Positions 55,244-64,000 of a stretch of DNA of 64,000 bases are shown one piece after another. Position 1 is the stretch's first letter; each line of letters begins with the position of its first letter. Under the pieces are notes generated by a model, which was not told the origin of the DNA, did not search any database, and was given only the letters and a program-made list of their open reading frames with translations. The translations under genes were made by a program, and so were the position numbers. Origin of the DNA: Candidatus Eiseniibacteriota bacterium (lineage in GTDB: Bacteria > Eisenbacteria > RBG-16-71-46). The DNA lies in contig JBGAML010000002.1 in the NCBI GenBank assembly GCA_044223005.1, positions 128,001 through 192,000 of the forward strand, written 5' to 3'.

Positions 55244-55272
55244 TTGCCAAGCGCCAGCGCCGAAAATATACT
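55244..55272 (+). promoter_or_regulatory. Near-consensus sigma70 promoter, leaderless, for lrp-lat
   Basis: TTGCCA-N17-TATACT-N6-ATG; no SD. Confidence 0.75.
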
Positions 55273-55278
55273 CGTCAC

Positions 55279-55772
55279 ATGCTCAAGAAGCCGAAAGAAT
55301 ACCAACCGCTCGACGCGAAGGACCGGCGCATCCTGCAGATCGTGCAGCGCGACGGTTCGCTCGCGCAGGCGGAGATCGCGAAGAAGGTGGGGCTCTCGAC
55401 GGCCGCGGTGAACGAGCGGCTGCGCAAGCTCGAGGCCTCCGGCGTGATCCGCCGCTGGGCGGCGCTCGTGACGCCGGCGGCCGTCGGCGCGGGCGTCACG
55501 GCGTTCGTCGAGATCTTCATGGAGCATCCGCGGTTCGAGGCCTCGTTCCTCAAGAAAGTGGGCTCGCTCGACGAAGTGCTCGAATGCCATCACGTCACCG
55601 GCGAGTTCTCGCTGCTGCTCAAGGTGCGCGTGGCGGACATGGAATCCCTGCAGGACCTGCTGCTGGAACAACTCGGCGCGCACGAGGGGGTCCGCCAGAC
55701 CCGCACGGTGATCGCGCTGTCGACCGTCAAGGAAGAGACCTACGTGAACCCCATCGCCCGGGGAGGTGACGC

Positions 55773-55776
<4 letters not shown>
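55279..55776 (+). CDS. Lrp/AsnC-family regulator
   Basis: LDAKDRRIL, IAKKVGLS..AVNERLRKLE and ECHHVTGE. Confidence 0.95.
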
Positions 55777-57110
<1,334 letters not shown>

Positions 57111-57162
57111 CACCGCTGGCGTTCCGGACCGCCGCGTTCGTCGGCGAATCCCATGTCGCGCT

Positions 57163-57192
57163 CGAGGGGGGCATGCTAGCGTGCCCCCCTCG
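57163..57192. repeat. 30-bp near-perfect palindrome
   Basis: CGAGGGGGGCATGCTAGCGTGCCCCCCTCG, between lat and the amidohydrolase gene. Confidence 0.7.
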
Positions 57193-57231
57193 TTCACGTC
57201 CGGGATTCGGCTCGAGTATCGCGAGGGGAAC

Positions 57232-60200
57232 ATGCGCAGGTCGCTTCGGCGCTTCGGCGCCGCGTGGTTCGTTGTCGGTGTCGCCGGTGTGCTCGTCCTG
57301 CCGCTCCTCGCGTTCGCCGACGGTGGCGACCCCGACGACCGGCCCATGGCGCCGGGCACCGCGCCGTCGTCGGGCGCGAACGCGCCGGCGGTGCACCCGG
57401 ATCCGAAGTGGAACGTGAACGACCCGCCCGGTCCCCACCACGACGCCACGCTCGACGTGAAGACGGGCACGTGGATGGCGCTCGACGTGAGCCCCGACGG
57501 GCGCGAGATCGTCTTCGACCTGATGGGCGACCTCTACGTGATCCCGTTCGCGGGCGGCGAGGCGAAGGCGCTGACGCACGGCATGGCGTGGGACGAGCAG
57601 CCGCGCTTCAGCCCCGACGGCCGGCACATCGCGTTCACGAGCGATCGCAACGGCGGCGACAACATCTGGGTGATGGATCGCGACGGCTCGCACCCGCGCG
57701 CGGTGACGCAGGAGACGTTCCGGCTGCTCAACAGTCCCGCGTGGTCACCCGACGGGCAATACCTGGTCGCGCGCAAACACTTCACGTCCACGCGCTCGGC
57801 GGGCGCGGGGGAGATGTGGCTCTACCACTGGACGGGCGGTGACGGCGTGCCGATGACGAAGCGCCGCACGGAGCAGAAGGACGAAGGCGAACCGGCCTTC
57901 TCGCCCGACGGCCGCTGGCTCTACTGGAGCATGGACGCCACGCCGGGAACGAGCTTCGAATACAACAAGGACGGCAACGGCCAGATCTACGTCGTGCAGC
58001 GGCTCGACCGCGAGAGCGGTGAGATCAGGCAGGTGCTGGGAGGCCCCGGCGGCGCGTGCCGCCCGACGCCGTCGCCCGACGGCAGGAGCCTCGCGTTCGT
58101 CCGCCGCGTGCGCGGGCAGAGCGTGCTCTGGGTCGCCGACCTCGCCTCGGGGCTCGAGCGCCCGGTGTACGGCCACATGGAGCGCGACCTGCAGGAGATC
58201 TGGGCCATGCACGGCACGTATCCCGGCATCGCCTGGACGCCCGACTCGCGCTCGCTCGTGTTCTGGGCGGGCGGCGGCATCCACCGCGTCGACGTCGCGA
58301 CGCTCGCCGTCACGGACGTTCCGTTCCACGTGCGCGACACGCGGCGCGTCGACGACGCCGTCCGTTTCGCCACCGCGGTCGCGCCCGACTCGATGCACAC
58401 GCACATGCTGCGCTGGCTCACGGTCTCGCCGCAGGGCGATCGCGTCGCCTACTCGGCGCTGGGCCGCATCTGGGTGAAGGCGGTGCCGAACGGCGCGCCG
58501 CGGCGGCTCACGGCGCAGGAGAGCGACTGGGAGTTCTATCCCGCGTGGTCGCGCGACGGGGGCAGCCTCGTGTACGTCACGTGGAACGACTCGACGCTCG
58601 GCCGCGTGTGCGTGGCGCCCGCGAGCGGTGGTGCGGGCCGCACCGTGACGACGCAACCCGGTCACTACGTCGAGCCGGCGTTCTCGCCCGACGGCCGCAC
58701 GATCGTCTACCGCGCGATCGGTGGTGGCGGGCTCTTCTCGACGCTCTGGACCGCCGAGCAGGGCATCTTCCGCGTGGACGCCGCGGGCGGACCGGCGCGC
58801 CTCGTCACGCGCAAGGGGCAGTGGCCGCACTTCGGCGCCGCGAACGACCGCGTCTACCTGGTGAGCGTCGAAGGCGCGGACGAGGACGACCGCACGCTGT
58901 TCAGCGTCGGGCTCGACGGCACCAAGGAGCACGCGCACCTGAAGGGCGTCTACTTCACCGAGGCACGGCTCTCGCCCGATGAGCGCTGGATCGCGTTCCG
59001 CGAGAAGTACAAGCTGTGGGTGGCGCCGTTCACGCGTGCCGGCCGCACGATCGACGTGGGCCCGGGCATGCGCGACCTGCCGGTCAAGCTCGTCTCGCGC
59101 GACGCGGGCGACTGGCTGTCGTGGTCCGGCGACTCCAAGTCGCTGCACTGGGGCCTGGGCTCCGCGCTCTACACGCGCGACCTGCGCGAGCTCTTCACGT
59201 TCGCGCCCGGCGCGCCCGACTCGATCGTCGAGACGCCGGCACGCGGACAGGACGTGGGCTTCACGTTCGCGCTCGACAAGCCCGCGGGCACGATCGTGTT
59301 GACCCACGCGCGGGCGATCACCATGCGCGGCGACGAGGTGCTCTCGGACGCGACGATCGTCGTGACGGGCAATCGCATCGCGGCGATCGGGCCCGGTGGC
59401 TCGGTGGCGGTGCCGGCGGGAGCGAAGGTGTTCGACCTGGGCGGCCGCACCGTGACGCCCGGTTTCGTGGACTGCCACTGGCACGGCGGCATGGGCACCG
59501 AACAACTCGTGCCCCAGCGCTCGTGGATCGACTACGCGTCGCTCGCCTTCGGTGTCACGACGCTCCACGATCCGAGCAACGACTCGGGCGAGATCTTCAC
59601 GCAGGGCGAGATGCAGCGCGCGGGGCTGATCGTCGCGCCGCGCATCTTCTCGACCGGCACGATCCTCTACGGCGCCAAGGGGGACTTCCGCGCCGACGTG
59701 GACTCGCTGGGCGACGCGGTGATGCACCTGCGCCGCATGCAGGCGTACGGTGCGAACAGCGTGAAGAGCTACAACCAGCCGCGGCGCGACCAGCGCCAGC
59801 AGGTGCTCGAGGCCGCGCGCCAGCTGCACATGAACGTCGTCCCCGAGGGTGGCGCGCTCTACCCGCACAACATGACCATGGTGATCGACGGCCACACCGG
59901 CGTCGAGCACGCGCTGCCGATCGCGAACTTCTACGACGACGTGGTGCAGCTCTGGAGCCAGACGAAGGTGGGCTGGACGCCGACGTTCAACGTCGCCTAC
60001 GGCGGACTCGACGGCGAACACTACTGGTACGCCAAGACCGACGTCTGGGCCGACGAACGGCTGCAGGCGTTCGTGCCGCGCCGCACGCTCGACGCGCGCG
60101 CCCGCCGGCCGCAGACCGCGCCGGACAACGAGTGGAATCACATCGCCGTCGCCCGCGAGGCCGCGCAGTTGCACCGTGCGGGCGTGGGCATCCAGGTCGG

Positions 60201-60549
60201 CGCCCACGGCCAGCGCGAAGGCCTCGGCACGCACTGGGACATCTGGAGCATGGTGCAGGGCGGCATGACGCCGCTCGAGGCGTTGCACTGCGCCACGATC
60301 GGCGGTGCGGCGTACCTGGGCTACGACCGCGAGATCGGCTCGCTCGAGCCGGGCAAGCTCGCCGACCTCGTGATCATGGATCGCGACCCGCTCGCCGACA
60401 TCCGCAACACCGAGTCGATCTCCCGCGTCATGGTGAACGGCCGGCTCTACGACGCGGCGCGCATGGACGAGATCGCGCCGCGCTCGAAGCCGCGCGGCTC
60501 GTTCTGGTGGGAGGCGCAGCAGCGGCAGGAGAAGGCGGTCTTGAGGTAG
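57232..60549 (+). CDS. Secreted amidohydrolase with TolB-like (PD40) propeller repeats
   Basis: Signal peptide, many SPDG repeats, PGFVDCHWH, GAHG and GSLEPGKLADLV. Confidence 0.92.
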   Translation: MRRSLRRFGAAWFVVGVAGVLVLPLLAFADGGDPDDRPMAPGTAPSSGANAPAVHPDPKWNVNDPPGPHHDATLDVKTGTWMALDVSPDGREIVFDLMGDLYVIPFAGGEAKALTHGMAWDEQPRFSPDGRHIAFTSDRNGGDNIWVMDRDGSHPRAVTQETFRLLNSPAWSPDGQYLVARKHFTSTRSAGAGEMWLYHWTGGDGVPMTKRRTEQKDEGEPAFSPDGRWLYWSMDATPGTSFEYNKDGNGQIYVVQRLDRESGEIRQVLGGPGGACRPTPSPDGRSLAFVRRVRGQSVLWVADLASGLERPVYGHMERDLQEIWAMHGTYPGIAWTPDSRSLVFWAGGGIHRVDVATLAVTDVPFHVRDTRRVDDAVRFATAVAPDSMHTHMLRWLTVSPQGDRVAYSALGRIWVKAVPNGAPRRLTAQESDWEFYPAWSRDGGSLVYVTWNDSTLGRVCVAPASGGAGRTVTTQPGHYVEPAFSPDGRTIVYRAIGGGGLFSTLWTAEQGIFRVDAAGGPARLVTRKGQWPHFGAANDRVYLVSVEGADEDDRTLFSVGLDGTKEHAHLKGVYFTEARLSPDERWIAFREKYKLWVAPFTRAGRTIDVGPGMRDLPVKLVSRDAGDWLSWSGDSKSLHWGLGSALYTRDLRELFTFAPGAPDSIVETPARGQDVGFTFALDKPAGTIVLTHARAITMRGDEVLSDATIVVTGNRIAAIGPGGSVAVPAGAKVFDLGGRTVTPGFVDCHWHGGMGTEQLVPQRSWIDYASLAFGVTTLHDPSNDSGEIFTQGEMQRAGLIVAPRIFSTGTILYGAKGDFRADVDSLGDAVMHLRRMQAYGANSVKSYNQPRRDQRQQVLEAARQLHMNVVPEGGALYPHNMTMVIDGHTGVEHALPIANFYDDVVQLWSQTKVGWTPTFNVAYGGLDGEHYWYAKTDVWADERLQAFVPRRTLDARARRPQTAPDNEWNHIAVAREAAQLHRAGVGIQVGAHGQREGLGTHWDIWSMVQGGMTPLEALHCATIGGAAYLGYDREIGSLEPGKLADLVIMDRDPLADIRNTESISRVMVNGRLYDAARMDEIAPRSKPRGSFWWEAQQRQEKAVLR

Positions 60550-60626
60550 GCGCCGCGCCGCCCGCGACGCTCGAGGCCGCCCCGGGGCATCGCCACCGGA
60601 GCGGCCTCGCGTGTAGAGTGCCGCGC

Positions 60627-62120
60627 ATGAGCGACTCCCCGAAGAAGATCTTCCGCGAGTCCGCGGTCGTCGTGCTCGTGCGTGGCACGGGCGAGCAGCT
60701 GGAGACCTGGTGGGTGCGGCGCAGCGACGCCGTCGCGTTCCAGCCCGGGTTCTGGGCATTCGTCGGCGGGAAGGTGGATGCGGCGGACGCGGAGCTCGAG
60801 CTCCCCGGTGTGGCCGACGAAGTCGAACGCGCCGCGCGGGCGTGCGCGATCCGCGAAGCGCTGGAGGAAGCCGGCGTACTGGTCGGCCTCGCGCCGGACG
60901 TGCCGGCGCCCTCCGCGGAAGCGCTCGCGTCCGCGCGCGCAAAGCTGCTCGCGAACGAGGCCACGCTCCCGCGGCTCGCACGCGAGCACGGCTGGCGGTT
61001 CGATCCGGCCGCGCTCGCGCTCGCGGGCCGCTGGCAGACGCCGCCCTTCGCGCCCGTGCGGTTCGACACGCTTTACTGCCTCGCGCGCGTGCCGGAGGGG
61101 CAGGAGCCGAACGTGATCCCGGGCGAGCTCGCTCTCGGAGAGTGGGTGCGGCCCGCCGACGCGCTCGCGCGCTGGCGGGAGGGGAGCGCCACGTTCGTCG
61201 CGCCGATCCTGTGGGCGCTCCAGTCCATGGCCGAGGGCGACGCGCGGCTCGCGGAGCGGCTGGCCGAGAACCCGCGGCGCGCCGCCGAGCCCGCGCGGCG
61301 GATCGAGATGATGTACGGCATCGTGCTCCATGCCATGCCCACGCGCCCGCTGCCGCCCGCGACGCACACGAACGCCTACTTCGTCGGCGAATCGGAGCTG
61401 GCGCTGATCGATCCCGGCAGCGGCGACCCGGCGGCGCTCGCGGAGCTCTTCGCGGTGGCCGACCTGCTCGCGAGTCACGGCCGGCGCGTGAAGACGATCG
61501 TCGTCACGCACCACCACCCCGATCACACGGGCGGCGTCGCGGCGTGCCGCGAGCGCTTCCGCGCGCCGGTGGCCGGGCACGTCGCGCTGGCGCCGCACCT
61601 CAAGCTGGACCTCGTGCTCGGCGACGGCGACACGCTCGCGCTCGCGCCCGGCGTGGGCGCGTGGGACCTCACGGTGCTCGCGACGCCCGGCCACACGCGC
61701 GACTCGATCTCGCTCTGGCACCCGCGCACGGGCGCGCTCTTCTGCGGCGACCTGGTGCCCGGCGGCCCCGGCACCGTGGTGATCGATCCGCCCGACGGCG
61801 ACATGGACGGCTACCTCGGCTCACTCGAGCGGATCGCCGCGCTGAAACCCCGCACGCTGTTCCCCGCGCACGGTTCGCCGCAAGGCGCGGTCGAGCGCCG
61901 CGTGCGCAAGCTGGTCGCGCACCGGCTCGAGCGCGAGGCGAAGGTGCTCGCCGCGCTGTCGGCCGCCGCCGCGCCGCCCGCGGACCTGGTCGCGATCGCG
62001 TACGCCGACACGCCGCGCGATCTCTGGGCGTGGGCCGAGCGCTCGCTGCTGGCGCACCTGCTGCGGCTGGAGCGCCAGGGCCGCGTCACACGCGAGGGCG
62101 ACGGCTGGCGGCGCGCGTGA
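60627..62120 (+). CDS. NUDIX / metallo-beta-lactamase fusion protein
   Basis: FVGGKVD...AIREALEEAG (NUDIX); THHHPDHTGG, TPGH, GD and PAHG (MBL); LACTB2-like C-terminal winged helix. Confidence 0.9.
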   Translation: MSDSPKKIFRESAVVVLVRGTGEQLETWWVRRSDAVAFQPGFWAFVGGKVDAADAELELPGVADEVERAARACAIREALEEAGVLVGLAPDVPAPSAEALASARAKLLANEATLPRLAREHGWRFDPAALALAGRWQTPPFAPVRFDTLYCLARVPEGQEPNVIPGELALGEWVRPADALARWREGSATFVAPILWALQSMAEGDARLAERLAENPRRAAEPARRIEMMYGIVLHAMPTRPLPPATHTNAYFVGESELALIDPGSGDPAALAELFAVADLLASHGRRVKTIVVTHHHPDHTGGVAACRERFRAPVAGHVALAPHLKLDLVLGDGDTLALAPGVGAWDLTVLATPGHTRDSISLWHPRTGALFCGDLVPGGPGTVVIDPPDGDMDGYLGSLERIAALKPRTLFPAHGSPQGAVERRVRKLVAHRLEREAKVLAALSAAAAPPADLVAIAYADTPRDLWAWAERSLLAHLLRLERQGRVTREGDGWRRA

Positions 62121-62232
62121 GCCGCGCGTCCTTGCACGCGGATGCGCGCGGAGTAGAGTGGGCGCTCGCGAACTCCCCCGAGCCCGTTCCGGATCAGGGC
62201 CGCGCTCCGGCCCGCCGCACTGGAGTTCCGAC

Positions 62233-62841
62233 ATGACGCCCGACGATCCCGCCGCCCCGGCCGCAGCGCCCGACACGTGCGCGCAGTGCGGCAAGTCCCT
62301 CGCCGCCGACGACCGCGTCGAGAGCGGCGGCCGCGGCTTCTGCCGCGCCTGCTACGGCTCGCTCCGCGCGGAACTGCAGCAATACGTCGAGGCCACCTCG
62401 AGTGACATCAACTACCTGAACGCGGGGGTCGGGGCCGTGCTCGGCGGGGCCGCCGGCGCGCTCGCGTGGTGGGGGTTCACCGTGCTGACCAAGATCTCGT
62501 TCGGCCTGATCGCCGTCGTGATCGGGTATGCGGTCGGCCACGGCACGGTGCGCTTCTCCGGCGGCAAGCGTTCGAGCGGACTGCAGGCGCTCTCGGTCGG
62601 CGTCGCCGTCGCGAGCTTCCTCGTCGCGACGTACCTCGTGAACATGACGTTCATCAACCGGCAGCTCGCGCAGCAGGGCGAGGCGTTCCGGATCGCGTTC
62701 CCGCCGCAGAACCTCACCGTGTTCGGCAAGGTGCTGACCGCCGGCGCCGGGATCATGGACGCGGTGTTCCTCGCGATCGTCGTGTGGGAAGCGTGGAAGA
62801 TCCCGAGGCCGCTCGTGCTCCCGCCCGACGCCTCGGCATGA
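62233..62841 (+). CDS. Hypothetical membrane protein with N-terminal CxxC...CxxC
   Basis: CAQC...CRAC followed by about 4 TMs; GGAG RBS. Confidence 0.8.
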   Translation: MTPDDPAAPAAAPDTCAQCGKSLAADDRVESGGRGFCRACYGSLRAELQQYVEATSSDINYLNAGVGAVLGGAAGALAWWGFTVLTKISFGLIAVVIGYAVGHGTVRFSGGKRSSGLQALSVGVAVASFLVATYLVNMTFINRQLAQQGEAFRIAFPPQNLTVFGKVLTAGAGIMDAVFLAIVVWEAWKIPRPLVLPPDASA

Positions 62842-63695
62842 GCGAGCCGCCCGCGGATTCCGGGCAGCGCCGGATCGAGAACCTGCGCGCGGTGCTCGCG
62901 GGCTCGCGGCCCGCCGCGCCCGGGCCGGTGCCGGCCGCGCCGCCCGGTGACGCCGTGCCGCGCTCGCACCGCGCGCGCAACGGCACGCTGGGCTCGATCG
63001 GCGCGGCGCTGCTCGTGCTCGCGGGCAAGCTCAAGTTCCTCGGCTTCCTCGCCGCGGCGCTCAAGCTCAAGACCCTGCTCACGATCCTGCTCAGCATCTC
63101 GCTGTACGCGACGCAGTGGGGGCTGCCGTTCGCGACCGGGTTCGTGCTGTTGATCCTCGTGCACGAACTCGGGCACGCCGCCGTGCTGCATCGCGAAGGG
63201 ATCCCGGCCGGCGCACCCGTGTTCATTCCGTTCTTCGGCGCGTTCATCGCCATGCGTGGCCGGCCGCGCGACGCGTACGTCGAGGCCAAGGTCGCGCTCG
63301 GCGGCCCGATCGCGGGCTCGCTCGCGTCGTGGGCCGTGCTGGCCGCCGGGCTGACGACGGGCCGTCCGCTGCTCGTGGGCCTCGGCCACGCGAGCGCGCT
63401 GCTCAACCTCTTCAACCTGATCCCGGTCTCGCCGCTCGACGGCGGCCGGGCCGCGGGCGCGTTCAGCCGCCCGTTCTGGATCGTCTGGTACGTTGCGGGC
63501 ATCGCCGCGCTCGCCGTCACCCGCTCGCCGCTGCTGCTGCTCGTGCTGCTCGCGGGCCTGTGGACGATGTGGCGCCGGTGGAAGCATCCCGTGCCCGGCT
63601 ACCACGACATCTCCCGCGGGCAGCGCCTCGCGATCGGGCTCACCTACGGCGCGCTCGTCCTCGCGCTGACGGCGACGCTCTCGTGGGGCGCCTGA
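62838..63695 (+). CDS. Site-2 protease (M50)
   Basis: HELGH, ALGGP and NLFNLIPVSPLDGG; ATGA overlap. Confidence 0.93.
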   Translation: MSEPPADSGQRRIENLRAVLAGSRPAAPGPVPAAPPGDAVPRSHRARNGTLGSIGAALLVLAGKLKFLGFLAAALKLKTLLTILLSISLYATQWGLPFATGFVLLILVHELGHAAVLHREGIPAGAPVFIPFFGAFIAMRGRPRDAYVEAKVALGGPIAGSLASWAVLAAGLTTGRPLLVGLGHASALLNLFNLIPVSPLDGGRAAGAFSRPFWIVWYVAGIAALAVTRSPLLLLVLLAGLWTMWRRWKHPVPGYHDISRGQRLAIGLTYGALVLALTATLSWGA

Positions 63696-63791
63696 CGTTC
63701 GCGAGTCCGGCAACGCCCCCTTGCCGCGGCCCCGCACCCGTTCCACCATGCGTCCTCGAACGCCGCGCGCGCGGCGCACACGGGAGGATGC

Positions 63792-64000
63792 ATGCAGGCA
63801 TTGATCTGGATCGCGGTCGGCGTGCTCGCCGGCTGGGCGGCCGGGCTGTTGATGAAGGGCCGCGACTACGGCGTCGTGGGCAACCTGATCCTCGGACTCA
63901 CCGGTAGCCTCGTCGGCGGCTGGGTGATGTCGCTGCTCGGTTACGACGCTCCCGGCGACCTGCTGCGGCATGCGGTCGTGTCGTTGCTCGGGGCCATGCT
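63792..64000 (+). CDS. GlsB/YeaQ/YmgE family membrane protein; runs off the window edge
   Basis: Manual translation MQALIWIAVGVLAGWAAGLLMKGRDYGVVGNLILGLTGSLVGGW; GGAGG RBS. Confidence 0.85.
   Translation, partial: MQALIWIAVGVLAGWAAGLLMKGRDYGVVGNLILGLTGSLVGGWVMSLLGYDAPGDLLRHAVVSLLGAM

Noticed and set aside
57745..60981. Very long antisense or alternate-frame ORFs (e.g. 57745-60981, 30983-33814, 33821-36085, 28584-31346)
   Set aside because: They are Arg/Ala/Pro-rich shadows of real genes, expected at this GC content, with no recognisable motifs.

Overview
This is a very GC-rich, gene-dense chromosomal window of about 51 genes from a diderm bacterium. The pilin style and repeated FlgD-Ig/T9SS-like C-terminal domains hint at an FCB-adjacent lineage such as Ca. 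Eisenbacteria (inference only). I saw no rRNA, tRNA, CRISPR array, transposase or phage gene. Housekeeping and metabolic content includes EVE-ligA-polX, DUF547-ppa-glpD-glpK, fabI, an acyl-CoA dehydrogenase, thrH, lrp-lat and a family-5 UDG. Highlights: (1) a selenocysteine formate dehydrogenase (in-frame TGA plus SECIS hairpin) whose Fe-S head is a separate downstream gene; (2) a LytS-type kinase interrupted by an in-frame TAG, with a direct repeat upstream of its operon; (3) a membrane-anchored pyocin/BECR-like nuclease domain followed by an immunity-like gene; (4) an orphan CheW with an inserted CZB zinc domain under a sigma28-like promoter; (5) a cobalamin riboswitch ahead of a TonB receptor and a beta-propeller protein with a T9SS/FlgD-like tail, a tail shared by two tandem glycoside-hydrolase-like paralogs; (6) tandem KimA-like K+ transporter paralogs; (7) a 30-bp ECF-like promoter motif shared by alpha-2-macroglobulin and an unknown secreted protein; (8) repeated signs of leaderless transcription, including a candidate bidirectional -10 promoter with divergent starts 18 bp apart. 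All calls are by-eye motif recognition; no database searches were run.
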